This document shows positions 5,113 through 15,306 of a stretch of DNA of 64,000 bases, in pieces. Below the pieces are notes generated by a model. It saw nothing but the letters and a program-made list of their open reading frames with translations, made no database searches and had not been told where the DNA came from. Location of the stretch: assembly GCF_035556095.1 (NCBI RefSeq), contig NZ_DATMFT010000016.1:53508-117507 (forward strand). Reading direction: 5' to 3'. The translations under genes and the position numbers were made by a program. Numbering within the stretch: position 1 is the stretch's first letter; the number at the start of each line of letters is the position of its first letter. This stretch comes from Parapedobacter sp. GTDB taxonomy: Bacteria; Bacteroidota; Bacteroidia; Sphingobacteriales; Sphingobacteriaceae.

Positions 5113-6528
5113 ATGACTCAAGTGGAGAATAAACCAAATTACCGAGTGGCTCTTTCTACGTTGACCACGTTATTTTTTATGTGGGGGTTCATCACCTGCA
5201 TGAACGATATCCTCATCCCACACCTGAAGGAGCTTTTCCAGCTGACTTATTTTCAGGCAATGCTCGTACAGTTCGCGTTTTTCGGGGCGTATTTCGTTGG
5301 ATCGGTAGTTTATTTTCTCGTTTCCTATCTTTATGGAGATCCCATCAATAAAATTGGTTACAAGGGTGGGATTATCATCGGTTTGGTGATTTCGGCATTG
5401 GGATGTGTGCTTTTTTATCCTGCTGAAACGATGGCGGTGTATCCCATGTTTTTATTGGCACTGTTTACGCTGGGCCTGGGGTTTACGCTATTGCAGATTT
5501 CGGCTAACCCCTATGTAGCCATCCTGGGTCGCCCTGAAGGGGCGTCGAGCCGGTTGAATATGGCCCAAGCGTTCAACTCGTTGGGCACGACAATCGCGCC
5601 TGTTTTGGGCGGATATCTTATTTTTGAGTTTTTCGCGGAAGGCGGTGAAATTACGGCGGAGGCAACGAAGGTTCCATACCTGATTTTCGGATTGTTGTTT
5701 GTATTGGTAGCCGTGCTCGTCTGGTTCGTGCGGCTGCCGAAATTCCAGGCCGAAGAAATAGAGGGGGGTAAACTGGGTGCTTTGGCATTCCCGCAATTAC
5801 GCGGGGGCGTAATCGCTATTTTCTTTTACGTGGGTGCTGAAGTTGCTATCGGAAGCCTGATCATCAGTTTTATCAGTCAGCCGGAAGTGATGGGTGTGGG
5901 TGAACATGTTGGGAAAAATTACCTTGCACTCTACTGGGGAGGCGCGATGATTGGGCGGTTTTTGGGGGCAATCTCATTGAATGATAAACTAAAGGGAGGA
6001 CGGAAAGTACTGTATATGGTCGTTGCCGCGATGCTGGTCTTCCTCTTGATATACAGTATCGTTGATTTGACATTTGTGCAGATTTCTGCATTTTTATTGT
6101 TTGTCTTGCTCAACTTCGGTGCTTTCGCGGTTGGCCGGTCTATGGCGGCCCGCACATTGCTGGTCTTTGCGCTGGTAAATATCGGTTTATTGCTCGCCAC
6201 CGTGTGGGGTAGCGGCAGTTGGGCCATGTGGGCACTTTTGGCAGTTGGTTTGTTCAACTCCATCATGTGGTCCAATATCTTCACGCTGGCTATTACCGGA
6301 TTGGGCCCACATACGAGCCAAGGAGCTTCTTTATTGGTAATGGGTATTCTTGGCGGTGCCTTAATCCCACTGTTGCAGGGATGGATGGCCGATACGGTAG
6401 GGCTTAAGCCATCGTTTATCATTCCAGCCTTATGTTACGCGTATATTGCTGGGTATGGGTTGTATTGTGGCCGGAGGTTGGGTGCGGTTAGGGAATCGGA
6501 GCCGGTACAGGAAGGCATCGCTAAGTAG
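5113..6528 (+). CDS. MFS sugar:H+ symporter, FucP/GluP (fucose or glucose/galactose) family
   Basis: About 470 aa and multi-TM. N-terminal FFMWGFITCMNDILIPHLK is typical of this family. ATG at 5113 is preferred over the TTG at 5065. Confidence 0.75.
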   Translation: MTQVENKPNYRVALSTLTTLFFMWGFITCMNDILIPHLKELFQLTYFQAMLVQFAFFGAYFVGSVVYFLVSYLYGDPINKIGYKGGIIIGLVISALGCVLFYPAETMAVYPMFLLALFTLGLGFTLLQISANPYVAILGRPEGASSRLNMAQAFNSLGTTIAPVLGGYLIFEFFAEGGEITAEATKVPYLIFGLLFVLVAVLVWFVRLPKFQAEEIEGGKLGALAFPQLRGGVIAIFFYVGAEVAIGSLIISFISQPEVMGVGEHVGKNYLALYWGGAMIGRFLGAISLNDKLKGGRKVLYMVVAAMLVFLLIYSIVDLTFVQISAFLLFVLLNFGAFAVGRSMAARTLLVFALVNIGLLLATVWGSGSWAMWALLAVGLFNSIMWSNIFTLAITGLGPHTSQGASLLVMGILGGALIPLLQGWMADTVGLKPSFIIPALCYAYIAGYGLYCGRRLGAVRESEPVQEGIAK

Positions 6529-6681
6529 TTTTTGTGCTTTATGCGGGTTGCTTTCGGCAGTTTTAGTAATCAGATGGCGTATTATTTGATTGCCCTACGT
6601 GTTTAATGGTTGTTTTAATCACGTCGGGCACATAGTTGTTCGCATGAGAGATACTGTTTAACCTTAAAAAGTAGCGTACGA

Positions 6682-7584
6682 ATGACCGATCGTATAAAGA
6701 CGTATGGATTACCACCGGGAGGTGAAGTCCTCCACGATTTTCAAATCTATGAGGTAAAGGGTGGAGAAATAGATAATAAGCATTATCCACATAAAACCGA
6801 TCGGCCGCACCGGCATAGCTATTATGAAGTATGCGTTTTTATCGATGACGGTGGTAAACACGAGATTGATTTTGTGACTTATTCAATCCAATCCAATAGT
6901 GTCCATTTTCTTTCCCCGGGGCAGGTGCACCGTATTTTTAGAAATGAAGATTACCACGGTTACCTGATTGTTTTTTCCAGTGAATTTTTTCCATTGGGGT
7001 CAACGCGGCAGGAAGATCCACTCTTTTATTTCCCGTTTTTCAATAACCCGACCATGCTGCCCATCTTGGGTTTAGACGAAAGCTCTTTCGAAGAGATCTT
7101 ACTAATTGTCCGTCAAATGGAGAAAGAGAGTCGCCTCAAACAGCAGTCGCATAGTGAGATTTTGAGAACCTATCTGCAGTTGCTGCTTTTAAAATGCAAG
7201 CGACATTATATGTGGAAATTTGCGGAAAAGCAAAAAATGAATACGCCCGATTTTTCGCAAGTCCAGCAGTTCAATATGCTTGTTGAGAAAAAGTTCACGG
7301 AGCATCTCCTGATTCAAGATTACGCAGAAATGCTGGGTACATCGCCCGCGATCCTCAATAGGTCCGTAAAAAAAATAATCGGTAAAACAGCCGCGGAGAT
7401 CATCGTCGACAGGCTTATCTTACAAGCCAAACGTTTGTTGATTTATACCGATCTTTCCAACAAGGAAATTGCTTTCAGCTTAAACTATACAGACCCTTCC
7501 TATTTTACACGTACGTTTAAAAAGAAGACGGGCAAGAGCCCCTCCCAATTCAGAAAGGAGCTAAACGAAAAGTACCAGCATTAA
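6682..7584 (+). CDS. AraC-family transcriptional regulator (cupin sensor + HTH)
   Basis: 300 aa. The C-terminal IQDYAEMLGTSPAILNRSVKK...AFSLNYTDPSYFTRTFKKKTGKSPSQFR is an AraC double HTH. Confidence 0.85.
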   Translation: MTDRIKTYGLPPGGEVLHDFQIYEVKGGEIDNKHYPHKTDRPHRHSYYEVCVFIDDGGKHEIDFVTYSIQSNSVHFLSPGQVHRIFRNEDYHGYLIVFSSEFFPLGSTRQEDPLFYFPFFNNPTMLPILGLDESSFEEILLIVRQMEKESRLKQQSHSEILRTYLQLLLLKCKRHYMWKFAEKQKMNTPDFSQVQQFNMLVEKKFTEHLLIQDYAEMLGTSPAILNRSVKKIIGKTAAEIIVDRLILQAKRLLIYTDLSNKEIAFSLNYTDPSYFTRTFKKKTGKSPSQFRKELNEKYQH

Positions 7585-7748
7585 TATAAAAAGTGCATAG
7601 TCGACTTAACGGAGAGCGGTAGATTTGAATTCTATTCGGTAAACTGATGGTCGACCCACCAATTATAACATGATCGGGGTTGGTTTTCAAAAGTGCGCCG
7701 TTGGGTTTGTTTGGCAATAACTGATGTATAAACTTAATAACACAACAG

Positions 7749-9206
7749 ATGAACTTGATTAGATTTGCTTGTTTTCTCGCCGTTTTTTCCTTTTATGGCT
7801 TATCGGCTGTCGCACAACCCTACCCGTCATTAAATAACGAAAAGGTTGATGGGTATCAGGGTATTTGGTTCACGTTGGGGCAATTTTCGGAATATGGGGA
7901 TAAATATTCCGGCGGCTTGGGAACCTATACCGCCAAGCATATTCCACTGGCTATCTATTCGCCAACGGTAGACAAAACGTTCTTTGTTTACGGCGGGATC
8001 GTAAAAGACCGGGTGAGTGATGCTGATCCAACCGATCCCAAAGCAAAGGCGAAGGGTGATTACTTGGTCTGCATGATCGGAAGCTACGACCATAAAACGG
8101 GTACTGTTGAAAAACCTACAGTCGTATACGATAAAGGGGGTGTTTTCGATCCACACGATAATCCGTCCATAGCCATGGATTCAGATGGGTACATCTGGGT
8201 GTTTGTGAGCGGGAGAGGGCGCGGTCGGCCGGGATTTATCTATAAAAGCAGTTTGCCGAATTCCATCGATAAGTTTGACATGATTTCGGAACGGGAAATT
8301 ACCTATCCGCAACCCAAATATGTTGACGGGGAAGGCTTTTTGCACCTGTTTACCAAGTATCTTGGCGTTCGGTTGTTGTACTTTAGTACGAGTAAGGACG
8401 GTGTTGAGTGGACCGATGACAAACAACTTGCAGCCATAAAACGGCCGGAAGACAAGAATGGCGGCCACTATCAAATCAGCGGTCAACTCGGAGAGAAAAT
8501 CGTGTTTTTTTATAACTGGCATCCAAATGGAAACGTAGACCGCAGAACGAATATCTATTATCTGCAAACTACTGATTTCGGCCGTACGTGGACTACCGCG
8601 GAGGGCACGCCGGTGTCCACCCCCGTGACCGAGGTTGACAACCCTACCTTAGTCAGGGAATTCTTCTCAAAGGAAGAAAATGTATATATCAAGGACGTTG
8701 CCTTTGACAAGAATGGCAATCCGGCGGCACTATACCTTTCGGGCGCTGGGCACCAACCCGGGCCCCAAAACGGAATGCGGGAATGGCAGGTAATCCATTG
8801 GACGGGAGAAAAGTGGGAAAATCACACCATAACGACTTCGGATCATAATTATGATACCGGTAGCTTATGGATTGATGGGGATAAATGGGTTGTGATAGCG
8901 CCCACCGAGAACACACCCCAGCAATGGGGCGGTGGCGGCGAGCTCGTGCTCTGGGAAAGCAAAGATAATGGCAAGACTTGGAAGTCGAAAAAGCAGATTA
9001 CCAAGAAAAGCGAGTTAAATCACAACTACGTGAGAAAAGTAGTGAATGGAAAAGATCCATTTAAATACTTTTGGGGTGATGGCGACCCCCATACCCACAG
9101 TGAATCCCATTTATATTTTGGCGATTCCAAAGGAAGGGTCTGGCAGTTGCCTTACACGATGGATGCAGATGACGTAAAGCCGGAAAAAGGGCTGCGAAAA
9201 AAATAA
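7749..9206 (+). CDS. secreted BNR_4-type beta-propeller protein (possible GH145/PL42-like), paralog of 28109..29611
   Basis: Signal peptide. YQGIWFTLGQ..YSGGLGTYTAKH..DKTFFVYGG and TNIYYLQTTDFGRTW are shared with the paralog. The family assignment is from memory. Confidence 0.55.
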   Translation: MNLIRFACFLAVFSFYGLSAVAQPYPSLNNEKVDGYQGIWFTLGQFSEYGDKYSGGLGTYTAKHIPLAIYSPTVDKTFFVYGGIVKDRVSDADPTDPKAKAKGDYLVCMIGSYDHKTGTVEKPTVVYDKGGVFDPHDNPSIAMDSDGYIWVFVSGRGRGRPGFIYKSSLPNSIDKFDMISEREITYPQPKYVDGEGFLHLFTKYLGVRLLYFSTSKDGVEWTDDKQLAAIKRPEDKNGGHYQISGQLGEKIVFFYNWHPNGNVDRRTNIYYLQTTDFGRTWTTAEGTPVSTPVTEVDNPTLVREFFSKEENVYIKDVAFDKNGNPAALYLSGAGHQPGPQNGMREWQVIHWTGEKWENHTITTSDHNYDTGSLWIDGDKWVVIAPTENTPQQWGGGGELVLWESKDNGKTWKSKKQITKKSELNHNYVRKVVNGKDPFKYFWGDGDPHTHSESHLYFGDSKGRVWQLPYTMDADDVKPEKGLRKK

Positions 9207-9239
9207 ATTCAATACGTATCATTCGAAAACGAAAAAACA

Positions 9240-11936
9240 GTGGTGCATATACGGCTTTTTCTGGGTATAGCGGCGTTCTTCATCCTTGCTGGTTGCGGGG
9301 GACGGCATCCGGTTATTACAACCAATGATTTCGAGACCGCCGAAATCGGACCGTTTGTCGAGGAGGGGTTTCCTTTTATCACGGGGCCATTGAATTCCGA
9401 TAAACTAGGTCCGGGCTTCCCGAAACGTAACCGCTCCGCCAGGACATTGTCAATCAATCTTGGTGACAGTGCCTACGTGGGATTTGACATGGATTTACTC
9501 CGGTGGTCGGTGGCCTGGGATGGCGAATTCTTACCCATGGTAACCATGTCCCAAATTTCATATGACGACTTTTTCAATAAGGGGGATAAGATCCCGTCGA
9601 TCTTGGGTACGCCCAGGATAGCCACGGGTGAGTATGCGGGGTGGACTATTGACACGCCAAGCTTTTCGGACCCCAGGAATCCGTCCGGCAATGCAGACCC
9701 CCATCGATATGGGCCAATACCGGAACAGATCGGTAGGTGGAATGGCATCTATTTAAAAGGAGATGATGTTGGATTGTCCTATACGATAGGGACGACAAAC
9801 ATCATGGAGCACCCCAGCAGCATACGTTTTGGGGAAGAAACTGCCTTTTCAAGAACGTTCAAATTAGATGAACTGCAACGGGCATTGTATCTCAATGTCG
9901 CCGAGGTGGGGAGTGACTCATACACCGAGGCAACAGGCGCTGTTCTGTATATCTACCACGGAGAAGCCCGAGACACCGTTACGGTAATCGGGGTGGTAAC
10001 GAATCACGAGAAAGATTTGGCGCCGGCAATTGTGGATAACAAATACGTTACGGTGCTTTTCCCACGAGCCACTGATCCTTTGGAGGCCACCGTGCTGATG
10101 TGGAACGGTCCAGCAGAAAAGAAAGGTGCGTTCTTGGACATATTGAGCGAAGCTAAAACCAAGATGCCCGATTTCAGTCGCGGGGGACCGGCTTACTGGA
10201 AGGAGACCGTTTATACACAAGGAGCATTATCACCTGATACGGCTGCCTATGTTACCGATATCCTAACGCTTCCGCTACCCAATCCATGGAAGCGGAATGT
10301 ACGGGTGGCTGATGCGGCTTTTTTTGATGGCAAGCGTGCGGCGGTGGTTACTTTTTCCGGCGATGTTTGGGTGGTGGAAGGGATAGACAAGAGCTTGAAG
10401 CGACTGAAGTGGCGCCGGTTTGCTTCAGGGTTGTATGAGCCCATGAGCATCGACGTGGTGGACGGTGTGATTTACGTCTTTGGAAAAGAAGGTATTGTGC
10501 GGCTGCACGATCTGAACCGTGATGGGGTGGCCGATTTCTATGAAAATTTCTGCAACGGAATGGAGCAGTCGCTACATTCGCGTGAATGGGCAGCAGATAT
10601 GGTTTCCGCACCTGGCGGCGGTTTCTACATTGCAAAAGGGGGTATTGGTGGCTCTTCGCAGCGGGGTACCATCCTCAAGGTGTCGGCCGATGGGCGAGAG
10701 GTGGAGACCATTGCATCGGGGTTGAGAGGGCCATATATCGGTATCCATCCTACTAAAGGTATCCTGTCTGCTTCAGATCAACAAGGCAATTACGTGCCCT
10801 CTACACCGTTGTTGCTGGTGGATAAAGGCGACTACTTCGGTTTTCCCACTGCGCCTGAGCATCGTCAGGCACCCATCAAAACACCGCTGGCTTGGATTCC
10901 ACACCGTGTCGATCGTTCGGGTATCAGTCAGACATGGATTACAGGCGGAAAGATGGGACCGTTAGACGAGCAAATGATTCATTTTTCATTTGCCCGCCCA
11001 GGCTTGTTCAAGGTACTCATCGATACTACTTCAAGCACACTCCAGGGAGGTGTTTCGTATTTGCACGCAAACTACCCGGCGCCAACGCAAAAAGGAACGA
11101 TAAACCCGGCTGACGGCCAATTGTACATAACTGGATTTAATTTATGGGGCTCGAGTTCCAAAGGTGTAGCGGCATTTGTTCGCTTGCGATATACCGGCCT
11201 GCCATTTTATTTGCCTGAACGATTCAAGGCGGGCGAGCAGGGAATTGTCCTGCGATTCGGTGTAGCGCTGGATTCGACAGTAGCCATGAACCCGTTGAAT
11301 TTCCAGGTCAAAAGGTGGAATTACAAACGTACCAAGGAATATGGGTCGGGCCACTTCAAACTCGATGATACACCGGGAGAGGAATCGATGCCTGTATATG
11401 CATCATATATCTCTGCCGACCGTAAAGCAGTTTTGATTGTTGTGCCGGGTATGGAGGAGGTGATGCAAATGGAGGTGTTGTATAACCTACGGTCAACAGA
11501 TGGTGCTGCGTTGGAGGACGGTCTTTGGTTTACCGTGAACGAGGTGGACAAAATCAATTTGGCTAGGGAAGGGTTTCGCGGGCCCATCGATTTGTCGATA
11601 AACCGTGCTGCAAGTATTTCGGCGGAAACTGCCGAGGAGCGTCCGTCCCAAGAAAAAGGCGCTCAACTTTTCAGGGCAGTGGCATGTGCAGGTTGTCATT
11701 CCCCCGGTGTCGACACCGATGGGTTTTACGGCCCTCCGTTTAAGGATATATTCATGTCGGAGCGCCAGTTTGCAGACGGTACCTCGGGAATTGCCGACGA
11801 AGATTATATCCGCGAATCCATATTAACGCCTGCTAAAAAAATTGTAAAAGGATACGATGCCGAGATGCCTTCTTATTTAGGGATGCTCTCTGATAGCGAT
11901 ATCGAATCGCTTGTGTTATATATTAAATCTTTATAG
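9240..11936 (+). CDS. lipoprotein with beta-propeller dehydrogenase-like region and C-terminal c-type cytochrome domain
   Basis: 898 aa. LAGC lipobox at the N-terminus and a CAGCH haem-binding motif near the C-terminus, followed by an ESILTPAK..MP type cytochrome c tail. GVG start. Confidence 0.55.
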   Translation: MVHIRLFLGIAAFFILAGCGGRHPVITTNDFETAEIGPFVEEGFPFITGPLNSDKLGPGFPKRNRSARTLSINLGDSAYVGFDMDLLRWSVAWDGEFLPMVTMSQISYDDFFNKGDKIPSILGTPRIATGEYAGWTIDTPSFSDPRNPSGNADPHRYGPIPEQIGRWNGIYLKGDDVGLSYTIGTTNIMEHPSSIRFGEETAFSRTFKLDELQRALYLNVAEVGSDSYTEATGAVLYIYHGEARDTVTVIGVVTNHEKDLAPAIVDNKYVTVLFPRATDPLEATVLMWNGPAEKKGAFLDILSEAKTKMPDFSRGGPAYWKETVYTQGALSPDTAAYVTDILTLPLPNPWKRNVRVADAAFFDGKRAAVVTFSGDVWVVEGIDKSLKRLKWRRFASGLYEPMSIDVVDGVIYVFGKEGIVRLHDLNRDGVADFYENFCNGMEQSLHSREWAADMVSAPGGGFYIAKGGIGGSSQRGTILKVSADGREVETIASGLRGPYIGIHPTKGILSASDQQGNYVPSTPLLLVDKGDYFGFPTAPEHRQAPIKTPLAWIPHRVDRSGISQTWITGGKMGPLDEQMIHFSFARPGLFKVLIDTTSSTLQGGVSYLHANYPAPTQKGTINPADGQLYITGFNLWGSSSKGVAAFVRLRYTGLPFYLPERFKAGEQGIVLRFGVALDSTVAMNPLNFQVKRWNYKRTKEYGSGHFKLDDTPGEESMPVYASYISADRKAVLIVVPGMEEVMQMEVLYNLRSTDGAALEDGLWFTVNEVDKINLAREGFRGPIDLSINRAASISAETAEERPSQEKGAQLFRAVACAGCHSPGVDTDGFYGPPFKDIFMSERQFADGTSGIADEDYIRESILTPAKKIVKGYDAEMPSYLGMLSDSDIESLVLYIKSL

Positions 11937-11947
11937 TCGATAATCCG

Positions 11948-12916
11948 ATGGCACCCGTTCAACACTACCAACAGTTGTCGCGTAGAAACTTCATTAAGCA
12001 AGCCGCAGTTGCTGCTGCCGTGCTGCCTGTGGTATCGCCCGGTTTTTATCCAAAAAATAGGGCGGAAGGAGAAAAGGCATTGGAAGTGCATATTTTTTCA
12101 AAGTGCCTGCATTTTCTCGACTATGAGCACATGGCGGAGTTTGCCGCAAGGGTAGGTTTTGATGGGGTCGATCTCACCGTACGACCCGGCGGACATGTTG
12201 TGCCGGAAAAGGTAGCTGACGACTTGCCCAAAGCGATCGGCGAAATACAGCGAGCGGGTTTACAATCTACCATGATTGCTACTGCGATGGCAGATCCAGC
12301 GGATACCGTGGGACGTAACGTTTTGGAAGTGGCGGCGAGCCTTGGCATCTCTTTTTATAGGACAGACTATTTCCAATACCTAAAAGACAAGAGTATACCC
12401 GAATCGATCGGGTTTTTCCAAAAGCGAGCCAAGGAACTAAGCGAATTGAATAGCAGGCTAGCTATCGTAGGATGCTACCAGAATCACGCCGGGCTTATGA
12501 TGGGCGCCTCGTTGTGGGAACTATGGGATGTTTTGCAGCATGCGGACCACGACTACCTTGGGGTGCAATATGATGTCCGCCATGCAGTAGTAGAAGGTGG
12601 CAGGTCTTGGGTAAATGGCCTCAAGTTGATACAACCGCACATAAAGACGATTGTGGTCAAAGATTTTAAATGGGTTGAACAAGGAGGGCAATGGCGTTCG
12701 GTGGGCACACCAATTGGTGAAGGTATGGTTGATTTTAAATCGTATTTTCGGATGCTAAAGGACTTCAATATACAGGTTCCTGCGTCGTTGCATATCGAGT
12801 ATCCGTTGGGCGGGGTTGAATCGGGGGCAAAACAATTGAAAATCGAACCAGAAGAAGTATTTCGTGCGATGGAAAAGGACCTGTCAACGATTCGCAGGCT
12901 ATGGCTAGAAGCCTGA
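11948..12916 (+). CDS. Tat-exported xylose-isomerase-like TIM-barrel protein (sugar phosphate isomerase/epimerase family)
   Basis: SRRNFIKQAAVAAAV twin-arginine signal. The length and composition are those of the AP-endonuclease-2/xylose-isomerase-like fold. Confidence 0.6.
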   Translation: MAPVQHYQQLSRRNFIKQAAVAAAVLPVVSPGFYPKNRAEGEKALEVHIFSKCLHFLDYEHMAEFAARVGFDGVDLTVRPGGHVVPEKVADDLPKAIGEIQRAGLQSTMIATAMADPADTVGRNVLEVAASLGISFYRTDYFQYLKDKSIPESIGFFQKRAKELSELNSRLAIVGCYQNHAGLMMGASLWELWDVLQHADHDYLGVQYDVRHAVVEGGRSWVNGLKLIQPHIKTIVVKDFKWVEQGGQWRSVGTPIGEGMVDFKSYFRMLKDFNIQVPASLHIEYPLGGVESGAKQLKIEPEEVFRAMEKDLSTIRRLWLEA

Positions 12917-13083
12917 TGTAACCATCGCTACCCAGATTAATCACGTATTCCTACCATTGTAAACCCAACTGAACAAAAAGTACCAGCTTTAATCAAAAAA
13001 GTGCCTATCCCCATCCCCAAGGAAGGGTAAATTTGAACTCTATAAGCTGATTATTAACATTTAACACAAAAAAAGTTTATTGA

Positions 13084-14466
13084 ATGATTAGGATTGATTT
13101 TAACCTAATGCCGAATGATTTGGCAGGTCAGTTACGGCGGTTTTGGGAGCTTTCGGGTGAAAAAATCACGGCTATCGAGAACGAGTATGAGCTCGGAAAG
13201 GGTTCGCCCGTGTTTACGGTGGGCGGTAAATATACCACCCGCGGTTGGACGGAATGGACACAGGGGTTCCAGTTCGGGTCGTCTATCCTGCAATTTGACG
13301 CCACGGGTGACAATGAATTTCTTGAAAAAGGGCGGGAGAAGACGTTGGCACTCATGGCTCCGCATGTGAGCCATATCGGTGTGCACGACCATGGGTTCAA
13401 TAACGTCAGCACCTATGGTAATCTACTTCGGCTGATGGTGGAAGGGAAAACACCGTTCAACGAATGGGAGAAGAATTTTTATGAGCTCGCATTGAAAGTG
13501 TCTGGCGCTGTTCAGGCCAGTAGATGGACATCAATAAAAAACGGCGGCTTCATTTATTCCTTCAATGGTCCACATTCCCTTTTCGTCGATACGATGCGTA
13601 CCGTTAGGATTTTGATGCTCAGTCATAAACTGGGGCATGTGCTGCAACAGGAAAATGACGAGAAAGTAAACCTGTTGGTCCGTGGGTTGCAGCATATGCG
13701 AGCCACGGCAGATTATTCCGTCTTTTACGGTGAAGGGCGAGATAGCTATGATATTTGGGGTCGAACGGCTCATGAAAGTATTTTCAATACCAATGACGGG
13801 AATTTCCGCAGTCCCAATGCACAGCAGGGTTATACTGGTTTTTCTACCTGGACAAGGGGGCTTGCTTGGGCAATGGTCGGATTCGCTGAACAGTTGGAGT
13901 TCCTCCATACCGTTTCCGCCCAGGATCTGGCAGCTTATGGGAACAGAGAAGAGATTGAGAAATTCATGCTCAGGGCTGCCGAGGCAACATGTGATTTTTA
14001 TATTGAACACACGCCTACAGACGGTATCCCGTATTGGGATACGGGCGCTCCTAACTTGCATAAGCTTGGCGATTACCTTTCCAAGCCTGCCGATCCGTAC
14101 AACGACTTTGAACCCGTAGATAGCTCTGCCGCTGCTATTGGTGCGCAGGGACTGTTAAGGCTGGGGAATTACTTGAAGGAGAAAGGCGCTGAGGAAAAAG
14201 GCACTAAGTACTGGCAGGCAGGATTGACGGTTTTGCGTTCGTTGCTGGCTGAGCCCTATTTGAGCACGGATGCAGCTCATCAGGGTATTATTCTCCATTC
14301 CATTTATCATCAACCGAATGGATGGGACAATATCCCCGCGGGTCAGCAGATAGCCTGCGGTGAATCGAGCATGTGGGGCGATTACCATGCCCGTGAGGCC
14401 GCCCTTTACGTGCAGCGGATCATCGATAATAAACCCTATTATGCATTTTATAATGGTGTGTTATGA
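13084..14466 (+). CDS. GH88-like (alpha/alpha)6 hydrolase, possible unsaturated glucuronyl hydrolase
   Basis: 460 aa. TRGWTEWTQGFQFG and HDHGFNN resemble GH88 signature segments, as I recall them. Confidence 0.45.
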   Translation: MIRIDFNLMPNDLAGQLRRFWELSGEKITAIENEYELGKGSPVFTVGGKYTTRGWTEWTQGFQFGSSILQFDATGDNEFLEKGREKTLALMAPHVSHIGVHDHGFNNVSTYGNLLRLMVEGKTPFNEWEKNFYELALKVSGAVQASRWTSIKNGGFIYSFNGPHSLFVDTMRTVRILMLSHKLGHVLQQENDEKVNLLVRGLQHMRATADYSVFYGEGRDSYDIWGRTAHESIFNTNDGNFRSPNAQQGYTGFSTWTRGLAWAMVGFAEQLEFLHTVSAQDLAAYGNREEIEKFMLRAAEATCDFYIEHTPTDGIPYWDTGAPNLHKLGDYLSKPADPYNDFEPVDSSAAAIGAQGLLRLGNYLKEKGAEEKGTKYWQAGLTVLRSLLAEPYLSTDAAHQGIILHSIYHQPNGWDNIPAGQQIACGESSMWGDYHAREAALYVQRIIDNKPYYAFYNGVL

Positions 14467-15293
14467 GTGCGGGGAAGATAGCTGACCTCAGCAAACTATG
14501 CATCCACACGATTACCACGAAGCACTGGTCGATCGAAGAAGCTGCAGAAAACTACAGCCGGGTCGGTGTGAAGGGGATTTCGGTTTGGAGGCAGTTTCTG
14601 GATGGCCGGAACATAGCCGATACCGGGGAAATGCTGCGTGCCCACGGTTTGGAGATCGTATCTCTCGTAAGGGGGGGATTTTTCCCCTCTACTTCATCAG
14701 CGGAGAGAAACAGCGCGCTGGCAGACAATAGGAAAGCTATTGACGAGGCCGCCGCCCTGGGAGCGCCCATGATTGTGCTGGTGTGCGGTGCGGACCCCGG
14801 TCAAACCCTGGAAGTGTCTAGGCAGCAGATTCGGGAGGGTATTGAGGCCATATTGCCATACGCCATCGAAAACGGCATCAAATTGGCCATCGAACCCCTG
14901 CATCCGATGTACGCCGATACCCGATCGGCCGTGAACACCATGGCGCAAGCCAACGACATGGCCGAAGCAATCGGTTCGGATTATGTAGGGGTAGCAGCAG
15001 ATGTCTATCACATCTGGTGGGACCCCGACCTGGAACAGCAGCTTATGCGGTGCGGCCGCAACGGTAATCTGTTTGCATTCCACATTTGCGATTGGATGAG
15101 CCCGACTGTCGACTTCCTAAACGACCGCGGACTGATGGGCGAAGGCTGTATCCCCATTCGGAAGATTCGGGGGTGGGCAGAAGCAGCAGGATTCCGCGGA
15201 TATAACGAAGTGGAAATTTTTTCCGACAGGTTATGGTCGGAAGATCAAAATGAGTTTTTAAATAAAATCGTAGAAAACTACTATCAAAGTTGA
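14463..15293 (+). CDS. xylose-isomerase-like TIM-barrel protein (sugar phosphate isomerase/epimerase family)
   Basis: 276 aa. ATGA overlap with the upstream gene. KLAIEPLHP and HICDW type motifs. Confidence 0.6.
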   Translation: MSAGKIADLSKLCIHTITTKHWSIEEAAENYSRVGVKGISVWRQFLDGRNIADTGEMLRAHGLEIVSLVRGGFFPSTSSAERNSALADNRKAIDEAAALGAPMIVLVCGADPGQTLEVSRQQIREGIEAILPYAIENGIKLAIEPLHPMYADTRSAVNTMAQANDMAEAIGSDYVGVAADVYHIWWDPDLEQQLMRCGRNGNLFAFHICDWMSPTVDFLNDRGLMGEGCIPIRKIRGWAEAAGFRGYNEVEIFSDRLWSEDQNEFLNKIVENYYQS

Positions 15294-15306
15294 TATAAAA
15301 TAGGAT

